A stretch of 64,000 nucleotides of DNA. Origin: Eledone cirrhosa. Its lineage: Eukaryota. Where the stretch lies: the NCBI GenBank assembly GCA_964016885.1, contig OZ024743.1, positions 236,778,001-236,842,000 of the forward strand, read 5' to 3'. Under the pieces are notes generated by a model that worked only from the letters and a program-made list of their open reading frames with translations, ran no database searches and had not been told where the DNA came from. This document shows positions 10,801-25,200 of the stretch, one piece after another; within the stretch, counting starts at the first letter, position 1; every line of letters begins with the position of its first letter. The translations under genes and the position numbers were made by a program.

Positions 10801-13800
10801 TTAGTCTGTCTAAGTCTAAAGTCTGTCTTGTTATACACAGCTACAGTATTGATTAGTCTGTCTAAGTCTAAAGTCTGTCTTATTATAGACAGCTAGAGTA
10901 TTGATTAGTCAGTCTAAGTCTAAAGTCTGTCTTGTTATAGACAGCTACAGTATTGACAATTCTGTCTATGTCTAAAGTCTGTCTTTTTATAGACCGCTAC
11001 AGTATTGACAATAATGTCTAAGTCTAAAGTCTGTCTTATTATAGACCGCTACAGTATTGACAATAATGTCTAAGTCTAAAGTCTGTCTTATTATAGACAG
11101 CTACAGTACTGATTAGTCTGTCTAAGTCTAAAGTCTGTCTTGCTATAGACAGCTACAGTATTGACAATTCTGTCTAAGTCTAAAGTATGTCTTATTATAG
11201 ACAGCTACATTGTTGATTAGTCTGTCTAAGTCTAAAGTATGTCTTATTATAGACAGCTACAGTACTGATTAGTCTGTCTAAGTCTAAAGTCTGTCTTGTT
11301 ATAGACAGCTACAGTATTGACAATTCTGTCTAAGTCTAAAGTCTGTCTTATTATAGACAGCTACAGTATTGATTAGTCTATCTAAGTCTAAAGTCTGTCT
11401 TGTTATAGACAGCTCCAGTATTGATTAGTCTGTCTAAGTCTAAAATCTGTCTTGTTATAGACAGCTACAGTATTGATTAGTCTGTCTAAGTCTAAAGTCT
11501 GTCTTGTTATAGACAGCTACAGTATTGACAATTCTGTCTAAGTCTAAAGTCTGTCTTATTATAGACAGCTACAGTACTGATTAGTCTGTCTAATTCTAAA
11601 GTCTGTCTTGTTATAGACAACTACAGTATTAATTAGTCTGTCTAAGTCTAAAGTCTGTCTTATTATAGACAGCTACAGTATTGACAATTCTGTCTAAGTC
11701 TAAAGTCTGTCTTATTATAGACAGCTACAGTAATGATTAGTCTGTCTAAGTCTAAAGTCTGTCTTGTTATAGACAGCTACAGTACTGATTAGTCTGTCTA
11801 AGTCTAAAGTCTGTCTTGTTATAGACAACTACACTATTGATTAGTCTGTCTAAGTCTAAAGTCTGTCTTGTTATAGACAGCTACAGTATTGATTAGTCTT
11901 TCTAAGTTTAAAGTCTTTCTTATTATAGACAGCTACAGTACTGATTAGTCTGTCTAAGTCTAAAGTCTGTCTTATTATAGACAGCTACAGTATTGACAAT
12001 TCTCTCTAAGTCTAAAGTCTGTCTTATTATAGACAGCTACAGTACTGATTAGTCTGTCTAAGTCTAAAGTATGTCTTGTTATAGACAGCTACAGCATTGA
12101 TTAGTCTGTCTACCTCTAAAGTCTGTCTTGTTATAGACAGCTACAGTATTGATTAGTCTGTCTAAGTCTAAAATCTGTCTTGTTATAGACAGCTGCAGTA
12201 TTGATTAGTCTGTCTAAGTCTAAAGTCTGTCTTGTTATAGAGAGCTACAGTATTGATTAGTCTGTCGAAGTCTAAAGTCTGTCTTGTTATGGACAGCTAC
12301 AGTATTGATTAGTCTGTCTAAGTCTAAAGTCTGTCTTGTTATAGACAGCTACAGTATTGATTAGTCTGTCTAAGTTTAAAGTCTTTCTTATTATAGACAG
12401 CTACAGTAGTGATTAGTCTGTCTATGTCTAAAGTCTGTCTTATTATAGACAGCTACAGTATTGACAATTCTCTCTAAGCCTAAAGTCTGTCTTATTATAG
12501 ACAGCTACAGGATTCATTAGTCTGTTTCAGTCTAAAGTCTGCCTTAATATAGACAGCTACAGTACTGATTAGTCTGTCTAAGTCTAAAGTCTGTCTTGTT
12601 ATACACAGCTACAGTATTGATTAGTCTGTCTAAGTCTAAAGTCTGTCTTATTATAGACAGCTAGAGTATTGATTAGTCAGTCTAAGTCTAAAGTCTGTCT
12701 TGTTATAGACAGCTACAGTATTGACAATTCTGTCTATGTCTAAAGTCTGTCTTTTTATAGACCGCTACAGTATTGACAATAATGTCTAAGTCTAAAGTCT
12801 GTCTTATTATAGACCCCTACAGTATTGACAATAATGTCTAAGTCTGAAGTATGTCTTATTATAGACAGCTACAGTACTGATTAGTCTGTCTAAGTCTAAA
12901 GTTTGTCTTGTTATAGACAACTACAGTATTGATTAGTCTGTCTAAGTCTAAAGTCTGTCTTATTATAGACAGCTACAGTATTGACAATTCCGTCTAAGTC
13001 TAAAGTCTGTATTATTATAGAGAGCTACAGTACTGATTAGTCTGTCTAATTCTAAAGTATGTCTTGTTATAGACAGCTACAGTACTAATTAGTCTGTCTA
13101 AGTCTAAAGTCTGTCTTGTTATAGACAGCTACAGCATTGATTAGTCTGTCTAAGTCTAAAGTCTGTCTTATTATAGACAGCTACAGTATTGATTAGTCTG
13201 TCTAAGTCTAAAGTCTGTCTTATCATAGACAGCTACAGTACTGATTAGTCTGTCTAAGTCTAAAGTCTGTCTTGTTATAGACAGCTACAGCATTGATTAG
13301 TCTGTCTAAGTCTAAAGTCTGTCTTATCATAGACAGCTACAGTACTTATTAGTCTGTCTAAGTCTAAAGTCTGTCTTATTATAGACAGCTACAGTATTGA
13401 GAATTCTGTCTAAGTCTAAAGTCTGTCTTGTTATAGAGGGCTACAGTATTGATTAGTCTGTCTAAGTCTAAAGTCTGTCTTGTTATAGACAACTACAGTA
13501 TTGATTAGTCTGTCTAAGTCTAAAGTCTGTCTTATTATAGACCGCTACAGTATTGACAATAATGTCTAAGTCTAAAGTCTGTCTTATTATAGACAGCTAC
13601 AGTACTGATTAGTCTGTCTAAGTCTAAAGTCTGTCTTGTTATAGACAGCTACAGTATTGATTAGTCTGTCTAAGTCTAAAGTCTGTCGTGTTATAGACAG
13701 CTACAGTATTGATTAGTTGTCTAAGTCTAAAGTCTGTCTTGTTATAGACAGCTACAGTATTGATTAGTCTGTCTAAGTCTAAAGTCTGTCTTGTTATAGA

Positions 13801-14099
13801 CAGCTACAGTATTAATTAGTCTGTCTAAGTCTAAAGTCTGTCTTGTTATAGACAGTTACAGTATTGATTAGTCTGTCTAAGTCAAAAGTCTGTCTTGTAG
13901 ACAGTTACAGTATTGATTAGTCTGTCTAAGTCTAAAGTCTGTCTTGCTATAGACAGCTACAGTATTGACAATTCTGTCTAAGTCTAAAGTATGTCTTATT
14001 ATAGACAGCTGCATTGTTGATTAGTCTGTCTAAGTCTAAAGTATGTCTTATTATAGACAGCTACAGTACTGATTAGTCTGTCTAAGTCTAGAATCTGTC

Positions 14100-17000
14100 T
14101 TGTTATAGACAGCTACAGTATTGATTAGTCTGTCGAAGTCTAAAGTCTGTCTTGTTATGGACAGCTACAGTATTGATTAGTCTGTCTAAGTCTAAAGTCT
14201 GTCTTGTTATAGACAGCTACAGTATTGATTAGTCTGTCTAAGTCTAAAGTCTGTCTTATTATAGACAGCTACAGTATTGACAATTCTGTGTAAGTCTAAA
14301 GTTGTCTTTTTATAGACAGCTACAGTACTGATTAGTCTGTCTAAGTCTAAAGTCTGTTTTGTTATAGACAGCTACAGTATTGATTAGTCTGTCTAAGTCT
14401 AAAGTCTGTCTTATTATAGACAGCTACAGTACTGATTAGTCTGTCTAAGTCTAAAGTCTGTCTTACTATAGACAGCTACAGTAATGATTAGTCTGTCTAA
14501 GTCTAAAGTATGTCTTGTTATAGACAGCTACAGTACTGATTAGTCTGTCTAAGTCTAAAGTCTGTCTTGTTATAGACAACTACACTATTGATTAGTCTGT
14601 CTAAGTCTAAAGTCTGTCTTGTTATAGACAGCTACAGTATTGATTAGTCTTTCTAAGTTTAAAGTCTTTCTTATTATAGACAGCTACAGTACTGATTAGT
14701 CTGTCTAAGTCTAAAGTCTGTCTTATTATAGACAGCTACAGTACTGATTAGTCTGTCTAAGTCTAAAGTATGTCTTGTTATAGACAGCTACAGCATTGAT
14801 TAGTCTGTCTAAGTCTAAAGTCTGTCTTGTTATAGACAGCTACAGTATTGATTAGTCTGTCTAAGTCTAAAATCTGTCTTGTTATAGACAGCTACAGTAT
14901 TGATTAATCTGTCTAAGTCTAAAGTCTGTCTTGTTATAGACAGCTACAGTATTGATTAGTCTGTCGAAGTCTAAATCTGTCTTGTTATGGACAGCTACAG
15001 TATTGATTAGTCTGTCTAAGTCTAAAGTCTGTCTTGTTATAGACAGCTACAGTATTGATTAGTCTGTCTAAGTTTAAAGTCTTTCTTATTATACACAGCT
15101 ACAGTACTGATTAGTCTGCCTATGTCTAAAGTCTGTCTTATTATAGACAGCTACAGTATTGATTAGTCTGTTTCAGTCTAAAGTCTGCCTTAATATAGAC
15201 AGCTACAGTACTGATTAGTCTGTCTAAGTCTAAAGTCTGTCTTGTTATACACAGCTACAGTATTGATTAGTCTGTCTAAGTCTAAAGTCTGTCTTATTAT
15301 AGACAGCTAGAGTATTGATTAGTCAGTCTAAGTCTAAAGTCTGTCTTGTTATAGACAGCTACAGTATTGACAATTCTGTCTATGTCTAAAGTCTGTCTTT
15401 TTATAGACCGCTACAGTATTGACAATAATGTCTAAGTCTAAAGTCTGTCTTATTATAGACCGCTACAGTATTGACAATAATGTCTAAGTCTAAAGTCTGT
15501 CTTATTATAGACAGCTACAGTACTGATTAGTCTGTCTAAGTCTAAAGTCTGTCTTGCTATAGACAGCTACAGTATTGACAATTCTGTCTAAGTCTAAAGT
15601 ATGTCTTATTATAGACAGCTACATTGTTGATTAGTCTGTCTAAGTCTAAAGTATGTCTTATTATAGACAGCTACAGTACTGATTAGTCTGTCTAAGTCTA
15701 AAGTCTGTCTTGTTATAGACAGCTACAGTATTGACAATTCTGTCTAAGTCTAAAGTCTGTCTTAATAAAGACAGCTACAGTATTGATTAGTCTATCTAAG
15801 TCTAAAGTCTGTCTTGTTATAGACAGCTCCAGTATTGATTAGTCTGTCTAAGTCTAAAATCTGTCTTGTTATAGACAGCTACAGTATTGATTAGTCTGTC
15901 TAAGTCTAAAGTCTGTCTTCTTATAGACAGCTACAGTATTGATTAGTCTGTCGAAGTTTAAAGTCTGTCTTCTTATAGACAGCTACAGTATTGATTAGTC
16001 TGTCTAAGTCTAAAGTCTGTCTTATTATAGACAGCTACAGTATTGACAATTCTGTGTACGTCTAAAGTCTGTCTTATCATAGACAGCTACAGTACTGATT
16101 AGTCTGTCTAATTCTAAAGTCTGTCTTGTTATAGACAACTACAGTATTAATTAGTCTGTCTAAGTCTAAAGTCTGTCTTATTATAGACAGCTACAGTATT
16201 GACAATTCTGTCTAAGTCTAAAGTCTGTCTTATTATAGACAGCTACAGTAATGATTAGTCTGTCTAAGTCTAAAGTCTGTCTTGTTATAGACAGCTACAG
16301 TACTGATTAGTCTGTCTAAGTCTAAAGTCTGTCTTGTTATAGACAACTACACTATTGATTAGTCTGTCTAAGTCTAAAGTCTGTCTTGTTATAGACAGCT
16401 ACAGTATTGATTAGTCTTTCTAAGTTTAAAGTCTTTCTTATTATAGACAGCTACAGTACTGATTAGTCTGTCTAAGTCTAACGTCTGTCTTATTATAGAC
16501 AGCTACAGTATTGACAATTCTCTCTAAGTCTAAAGTCTGTCTTATTATAGACAGCTACAGTACTGATTAGTCTGTCTAAGTCTAAAGTATGTCTTGTTAT
16601 AGACAGCTACAGCATTGATTAGTCTGTCTACCTCTAAAGTCTGTCTTGTTATAGACAGCTACAGTATTGATTAGTCTGTCTAAGTCTAAAATCTGTCTTG
16701 TTATAGACAACTGCAGTATTGATTAGTCTGTCTAAGTCTAAAGTCTGTCTTGTTATAGAGAGCTACAGTATTGATTAGTCTGTCGAAGTCTAAAGTCTGT
16801 CTTGTTATGGACAGCTACAGTATTGATTAGTCTGTCTAAGTCTAAAGTCTGTCTTGTTATAGACAGCTACAGTATTGATTAGTCTGTCTAAGTTTAAAGT
16901 CTTTCTTATTATAGACAGCTACAGTAGTGATTAGTCTGTCTATGTCTAAAGTCTGTCTTATTATAGACAGCTACAGTATTGACAATTCTCTCTAAGCCTA

Positions 17001-19440
17001 AAGTCTGTCTTATTATAGACAGCTACAGTATTGATTAGTCTGTTTCAGTCTAAAGTCTGCCTTAATATAGACAGCTACAGTACTGATTAGTCTGTCTAAG
17101 TCTAAAGTCTGTCTTGTTATACACAGCTACAGTATTGATTAGTCTGTCTAAGTCTAAAGTCTGTCTTATTATAGACAGCTAGAGTATTGATTAGTCAGTC
17201 TAAGTCTAAAGTCTGTCTTGTTATAGACAGCTACAGTATTGACAATTCTGTCTATGTCTAAAGTCTGTCTTTTTATAGACCGCTACAGTATTGACAATAA
17301 TGTCTAAGTCTAAAGTCTGTCTTATTATAGACCCCTACAGTATTGACAATAATGTCTAAGTCTGAAGTCTGTCTTATTATAGACAGCTACAGTACTGATT
17401 AGTCTGTCTAAGTCTAAAGTTTGTCTTGTTATAGACAACTACAGTATTGATTAGTCTGTCTAAGTCTAAAGTCTGTCTTATTATAGACAGCTACAGTATT
17501 GACAATTCCGTCTAAGTCTAAAGTCTGTATTATTATAGAGAGCTACAGTACTGATTAGTCTGTCTAATTCTAAAGTATGTCTTGTTATAGACAGCTACAG
17601 TACTAATTAGTCTGTCTAAGTCTAAAGTCTGTCTTGTTATAGACAGCTACAGCATTGATTAGTCTGTCTAAGTCTAAAGTCTGTCTTATTATAGACAGCT
17701 ACAGTATTGATTAGTCTGTCTAAGTCTAAAGTCTGTCTTATGATAGACAGCTACAGTACTTATTAGTCTGTCTAAGTCTAAAGTCTGTCTTATTATAGAC
17801 AGCTACAGTATTGACAATTCTCTCTAAGTCTAAAGTCTGTCTTATTATAGACAGCTACAGTATTGATTAGTCTGTTTAAGTCTAAAGTCTGTCTTATTAT
17901 AGACAGCTACAGTACTGATTAGTCTGTTTAAGTCTAAAGTGTGTCTTGTTATAGACAGCTACAGCATTGATTAGTCTGTCTAAGTCTAAAGTCTGTCTTA
18001 TTATAGACAGCTACAGTATTGATTAGTCTGTCTAAGTCTAAAGTCTGTCTTATTATAGACAGTGACAGTACTGATTCGTCCGTCTAAGTCTAAAGTCTGT
18101 CTTATTATAGACAGCTACAGTATTGACAATTCTCTCTAAGTCTAAAGTCTGTCTTATTATAGACAGCTACAGTACTGATTAGTCTGTCTAAGTCTAAAGT
18201 CTGTCTTGTTATACACAGCTACAGTATTGATTAGTCTGTCTAAGTCTAAAGTCTGTCTTATTATAGACCGCTACAGTATTGACAATAATGTCTAAGTCTA
18301 AAGTCTGTCTTATTATAGACAGCTACAGTACTGATTAGTCTGTCTAAGTCTAAAGTCTGTCTTGTTATAGACAGCTACAGTACTGATTAGTCTGTCTAAC
18401 TCTAAAGTCTGTCTTGTTATAGACAGCTACATCATTGATTAGTCTGTCTAAGTCTAAAGTCTGTCTTATTATAGACAGCTACAGTATTGATTAGTCTGTC
18501 TAAGTCTAAAGTCTGTCTTATCATAGACAGCTACAGTACTTATTAGTCTGTCTAAGTCTAAAGTCTGTCTTATTATAGACAGCTACAGTATTGAGAATTC
18601 TGTCTAAGTCTAAAGTCTGTCTTGTTATAGAGGGCTACAGTATTGATTAGTCTGTCTAAGTCTAAAGTCTGTCTTGTTATAGACAACTACAGTATTGATT
18701 AGTCTGTCTAAGTCTAAAGTCTGTCTTATTATAGACCGCTACAGTATTGACAATAATGTCTAAGTCTAAAGTCTGTCTTATTATAGACAGCTACAGTACT
18801 GATTAGTCTGTCTAAGTCTAAAGTCTGTCTTGTTATAGACAGCTACAGTATTGATTAGTCTGTCTAAGTTTAAAGTCTTTCTTATTATAGACAGCTACAG
18901 TAGTGATTAGTCTGTCTATGTCTAAAGTCTGTCTTATTATAGACAGCTACAGTATTGACAATTCTCTCTAAGCCTAAAGTCTGTCTTATTATAGACAGCT
19001 ACAGTATTGATTAGTCTGTTTCAGTCTAAAGTCTGCCTTAATATAGACAGCTACAGTACTGATTAGTCTGTCTAAGTCTAAAGTCTGTCTTGTTATACAC
19101 AGCTACAGTATTGATTAGTCTGTCTAAGTCTAAAGTCTGTCTTATTATAGACAGCTAGAGTATTGATTAGTCAGTCTAAGTCTAAAGTCTGTCTTGTTAT
19201 AGACAGCTACAGTATTGACAATTCTGTCTATGTCTAAAGTCTGTCTTTTTATAGACCGCTACAGTATTGACAATAATGTCTAAGTCTAAAGTCTGTCTTA
19301 TTATAGACCCCTACAGTATTGACAATAATGTCTAAGTCTGAAGTCTGTCTTATTATAGACAGCTACAGTACTGATTAGTCTGTCTAAGTCTAAAGTTTGT
19401 CTTGTTATAGACAACTACAGTATTGATTAGTCTGTCTAAG
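14100..19440. repeat. Copy 1 of a non-adjacent duplication of about 5.3 kb (copy 2 at ~31,250-36,590)
   Basis: Offset 17,148 for CTTTCTTATTATACACAG (ATACAC at 15091/32239), the C of CTTCTTATAG (15920/33068), TTTCAG markers (15171/32319, 17043/34191, 19019/36167) and ATCATT (18431/35579). Confidence 0.88.
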
Positions 19441-20630
19441 TCTAAAGTCTGTCTTATTATAGACAGCTACAGTATTGACAATTCTCTCTAAGTCTAAAGT
19501 CTGTATTATTATAGAGAGCTACAGTACTGATTAGTCTGTCTAATTCTAAAGTATGTCTTGTTATAGACAGCTACAGTACTAATTAGTCTGTCTAAGTCTA
19601 AAGTCTGTCTTGTTATAGACAGCTACAGCATTGATTAGTCTGTCTAAGTCTAAAGTCTGTCTTATTATAGACAGCTACAGTATTGACAATTCTCTCTAAG
19701 TCTAAAGTCTGTCTTATTATAGACAGCTACAGTATTGATTAGTCTGTTTAAGTCTAAAGTCTGTCTTATTATAGACAGCTACAGTACTGATTAGTCTGTC
19801 TAAGTCTAAAGTGTGTCTTGTTATAGACAGCTACAGCATTGATTAGTCTGTCTAAGTCTAAAGTCTGTCTTATTATAGACAGCTACAGTATTGATTAGTC
19901 TGTCTAAGTCTAAAGTCTGTCTTATTATAGACAGTGACAGTACTGATTCGTCCGTCTAAGTCTAAAGTCTGTCTTATTATAGACAGCTACAGTATTGACA
20001 ATTCTCTCTAAGTCTAAAGTCTGTCTTATTATAGACAGCTACAGTATTGATTAGTCTGTTTAAGTCTAAAGTCTGTCTTATTATAGACAGCTACAGTACT
20101 GATTAGTCTGTCTAAGTCTAAAGTCTGTCTTGTTATACACAGCTACAGTATTGATTAGTCTGTCTAAGTCTAAAGTCTGTCTTATTATAGACCGCTACAG
20201 TATTGACAATAATGTCTAAGTCTAAAGTCTGTCTTATTATAGACAGCTACAGTACTGATTAGTCTGTCTAATTCTAAAGTCTGTCTTGTTATAGACAGCT
20301 ACAGTACTGATTAGTCTGTCTAAGTCTAAAGTCTGTCTTGTTATAGACAGCTACAGCATTGATTAGTCTGTCTAAGTCTAAAGTCTGTCTTATCATAGAC
20401 AGCTACAGTACTTATTAGTCTGTCTAAGTCTAAAGTCTGTCTTATTATAGACAGCTACAGTATTGAGAATTCTGTCTAAGTCTAAAGTCTGTCTTGTTAT
20501 AGAGGGCTACAGTATTGATTAGTCTGTCTAAGTCTAAAGTCTGTCTTATTATAGACAGTGACAGTACTGATTCGTCCGTCTAAGTCTAAAGTCTGTCTTA
20601 TTATAGACAGCTACAGTATTGACAATTCTC

Positions 20631-22205
20631 TCTAAGTCTAAAGTCTGTCTTATTATAGACAGCTACAGTATTGATTAGTCTGTTTAAGTCTAAAGTCTGT
20701 CTTATTATAGACAGCTACAGTACTGATTAGTCTGTCTAAGTCTAAAGTCTGTCTTGTTATACACAGCTACAGTATTGATTAGTCTGTCTAAGTCTAAAGT
20801 CTGTCTTATTATAGACCGCTACAGTATTGACAATAATGTCTAAGTCTAAAGTCTGTCTTATTATAGACAGCTACAGTACTGATTAGTCTGTCTAATTCTA
20901 AAGTCTGTCTTGTTATAGACAGCTACAGTACTGATTAGTCTGTCTAAGTCTAAAGTCTGTCTTGTTATAGACAGCTACAGTACTGATTAGTCTGTCTAAT
21001 TCTAAAGTCTGTCTTGTTATAGACAGCTACAGTACTTATTAGTCTGTCTAAGTCTAAAGTCTGTCTTGTTATAGACAGCTACATCATTGATTAGTCTGTC
21101 TAAGTCTAAAGTCTGTCTTATTATAGACAGCTACAGTATTGATTAGTCTGTCTAAGTCTAAAGTCTGTCTTATCATAGACAGCTACAGTACTTATTAGTC
21201 TGTCTAAGTCTAAAGTCTGTCTTATTATAGACAGCTACAGTATTGAGAATTCTGTCTAAGTCTAAAGTCTGTCTTGTTATAGAGGGCTACAGTATTGATT
21301 AGTCTGTCTAAGTCTAAAGTCTGTCTTGTTATAGACAACTACAGTATTGATTAGTCTGTCTAAGTCTAAAGTCTGTCTTATTATAGACCGCTACAGTATT
21401 GACAATAATGTCTAAGTCTAAAGTCTGTCTTATTATAGACAGCTACAGTATTGATTAGTCTGTTTAAGTCTAAAGTCTGTCTTATTATAGACAGCTACAG
21501 TACTGATTAGTCTGTCTAAGTCTAAAGTCTGTCTTGTTATACACAGCTACAGTATTGATTAGTCTGTCTAAGTCTAAAGTCTGTCTTATTATAGACCGCT
21601 ACAGTATTGACAATAATGTCTAAGTCTAAAGTCTGTCTTATTATAGACAGCTACAGTACTGATTAGTCTGTCTAATTCTAAAGTCTGTCTTGTTATAGAC
21701 AGCTACAGTACTGATTAGTCTGTCTAAGTCTAAAGTCTGTCTTGTTATAGACAGCTACAGTACTGATTAGTCTGTCTAATTCTAAAGTCTGTCTTGTTAT
21801 AGACAGCTACAGTACTTATTAGTCTGTCTAAGTCTAAAGTCTGTCTTGTTATAGACAGCTACATCATTGATTAGTCTGTCTAAGTCTAAAGTCTGTCTTA
21901 TTATAGACAGCTACAGTATTGATTAGTCTGTCTAAGTCTAAAGTCTGTCTTATCATAGACAGCTACAGTACTTATTAGTCTGTCTAAGTCTAAAGTCTGT
22001 CTTATTATAGACAGCTACAGTATTGAGAATTCTGTCTAAGTCTAAAGTCTGTCTTGTTATAGAGGGCTACAGTATTGATTAGTCTGTCTAAGTCTAAAGT
22101 CTGTCTTGTTATAGACAACTACAGTATTGATTAGTCTGTCTAAGTCTAAAGTCTGTCTTATTATAGACCGCTACAGTATTGACAATAATGTCTAAGTCTA
22201 AAGTC
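20631..22205. repeat. Apparently perfect tandem duplication of 15 monomers (780 bp)
   Basis: Lines 20641 to 21361 read identical to lines 21421 to 22141, including the variants ACATCATT, ATCATAG, GAGAATTC and AGAGGG. Confidence 0.92.
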
Positions 22206-25200
22206 TGTCTTGTTATAGACAGCTACAGTATTGATTAGTCTGTCTAAGTCTAAAGTCTGTCTTGTTATAGACAGCTACAGTATTAATTAGTCTGTCTAAG
22301 TCTAAAGTCTGTCTTGTTATAGACAGTTACAGTATTGATTAGTCTGTCTAAGTCAAAAGTCTGTCTTGTAGACAGTTACAGTATTGATTAGTCTGTCTAA
22401 GTCTAAAGTCTGTCTTGCTATAGACAGCTACAGTATTGACAATTCTGTCTAAGTCTAAAGTATGTCTTATTATAGACAGCTACAGTACTGATTAGTCTGT
22501 CTAATTCTAAAGTCTGTCTTGTTATAGACAGCTACAGTACTGATTAGTCTGTCTAAGTCTAAAGTCTGTCTTGTTATAGACAGCTACATCATTGATTAGT
22601 CTGTCTAAGTCTAAAGTCTGTCTTATTATAGAAAGCTACAGTATTGATTAGTCTGTCTAAGTCTAAAGTCTGTCTTATCATAGACAGCTACAGTACTTAT
22701 TAGTCTGTCTAAGTCTAAAGTCTGTCTTATTATAGACAGCTACAGTATTGAGAATTCTGTCTAAGTCTAAAGTCTGTCTTGTTATAGAGGGCTACAGTAT
22801 TGATTAGTCTGTCTAAGTCTAAAGTCTGTCTTGTTATAGACAACTACAGTATTGATTAGTCTGTCTAAGTCTAAAGTCTGTCTTATTATAGACCGCTACA
22901 GTATTGACAATAATGTCTAAGTCTAAAGTCTGTCTTATTATAGACAGCTACAGTACTGATTAGTCTGTCTAAGTCTAAAGTCTGTCTTGTTATAGACAGC
23001 TACAGTATTGATTAGTCTGTCTAAGTTTAAAGTCTTTCTTATTATAGACAGCTACAGTAGTGATTAGTCTGTCTATGTCTAAAGTCTGTCTTATTATAGA
23101 CAGCTACAGTATTGACAATTCTCTCTAAGCCTAAAGTCTGTCTTATTATAGACAGCTACAGTATTGATTAGTCTGTTTCAGTCTAAAGTCTGCCTTAATA
23201 TAGACAGCTACAGTACTGATTAGTCTGTCTAAGTCTAAAGTCTGTCTTGTTATACACAGCTACAGTATTGATTAGTCTGTCTAAGTCTAAAGTCTGTCTT
23301 ATTATAGACAGCTAGAGTATTGATTAGTCAGTCTAAGTCTAAAGTCTGTCTTGTTATAGACAGCTACAGTATTGACAATTCTGTCTATGTCTAAAGTCTG
23401 TCTTTTTATAGACCGCTACAGTATTGACAATAATGTCTAAGTCTAAAGTCTGTCTTATTATAGACCCCTACAGTATTGACAATAATGTCTAAGTCTGAAG
23501 TCTGTCTTATTATAGACAGCTACAGTACTGATTAGTCTGTCTAAGTCTAAAGTTTGTCTTGTTATAGACAACTACAGTATTGATTAGTCTGTCTAAGTCT
23601 AAAGTCTGTCTTATTATAGACAGCTACAGTATTGACAATTCCGTCTAAGTCTAAAGTCTGTATTATTATAGAGAGCTACAGTACTGATTAGTCTGTCTAA
23701 TTCTAAAGTATGTCTTGTTATAGACAGCTACAGTACTAATTAGTCTGTCTAAGTCTAAAGTCTGTCTTGTTATAGACAGCTACAGCATTGATTAGTCTGT
23801 CTAAGTCTAAAGTCTGTCTTATTATAGACAGCTACAGTATTGATTAGTCTGTCTAAGTCTAAAGTCTGTCTTATCATAGACAGCTACAGTACTTATTAGT
23901 CTGTCTAAGTCTAAAGTCTGTCTTATTATAGACAGCTACAGTATTGACAATTCTCTCTAAGTCTAAAGTCTGTCTTATTATAGACAGCTACAGTATTGAT
24001 TAGTCTGTTTAAGTCTAAAGTCTGTCTTATTATAGACAGCTACAGTATTGATTAGTCTGTCTAAGTCTAAAGTCTGTCTTATTATAGACAGTGACAGTAC
24101 TGATTCGTCCGTCTAAGTCTAAAGTCTGTCTTATTATAGACAGCTACAGTATTGACAATTCTCTCTAAGTCTAAAGTCTGTCTTATTATAGACAGCTACA
24201 GTATTGATTAGTCTGTTTAAGTCTAAAGTCTGTCTTATTATAGACAGCTACAGTACTGATTAGTCTGTCTAAGTCTAAAGTCTGTCTTGTTATACACAGC
24301 TACAGTATTGATTAGTCTGTCTAAGTCTAAAGTCTGTCTTATTATAGACCGCTACAGTATTGACAATAATGTCTAAGTCTAAAGTCTGTCTTATTATAGA
24401 CAGCTACAGTACTGATTAGTCTGTCTAATTCTAAAGTCTGTCTTGTTATAGACAGCTACAGTACTGATTAGTCTGTCTAAGTCTAAAGTCTGTCTTGTTA
24501 TAGACAGCTACAGTACTGATTAGTCTGTCTAATTCTAAAGTCTGTCTTGTTATAGACAGCTACAGTACTTATTAGTCTGTCTAAGTCTAAAGTCTGTCTT
24601 GTTATAGACAGCTACATCATTGATTAGTCTGTCTAAGTCTAAAGTCTGTCTTATTATAGACAGCTACAGTATTGATTAGTCTGTCTAAGTCTAAAGTCTG
24701 TCTTATCATAGACAGCTACAGTACTTATTAGTCTGTCTAAGTCTAAAGTCTGTCTTATTATAGACAGCTACAGTATTGAGAATTCTGTCTAAGTCTAAAG
24801 TCTGTCTTGTTATAGAGGGCTACAGTATTGATTAGTCTGTCTAAGTCTAAAGTCTGTCTTGTTATAGACAACTACAGTATTGATTAGTCTGTCTAAGTCT
24901 AAAGTCTGTCTTATTATAGACCGCTACAGTATTGACAATAATGTCTAAGTCTAAAGTCTGTCTTGTTATAGACAGCTACAGTATTGATTAGTCTGTCTAA
25001 GTCTAAAGTCTGTCTTGTTATAGACAGCTACAGTATTAATTAGTCTGTCTAAGTCTAAAGTCTGTCTTGTTATAGACAGTTACAGTATTGATTAGTCTGT
25101 CTAAGTCAAAAGTCTGTCTTGTAGACAGTTACAGTATTGATTAGTCTGTCTAAGTCTAAAGTCTGTCTTGCTATAGACAGCTACAGTATTGACAATTCTG

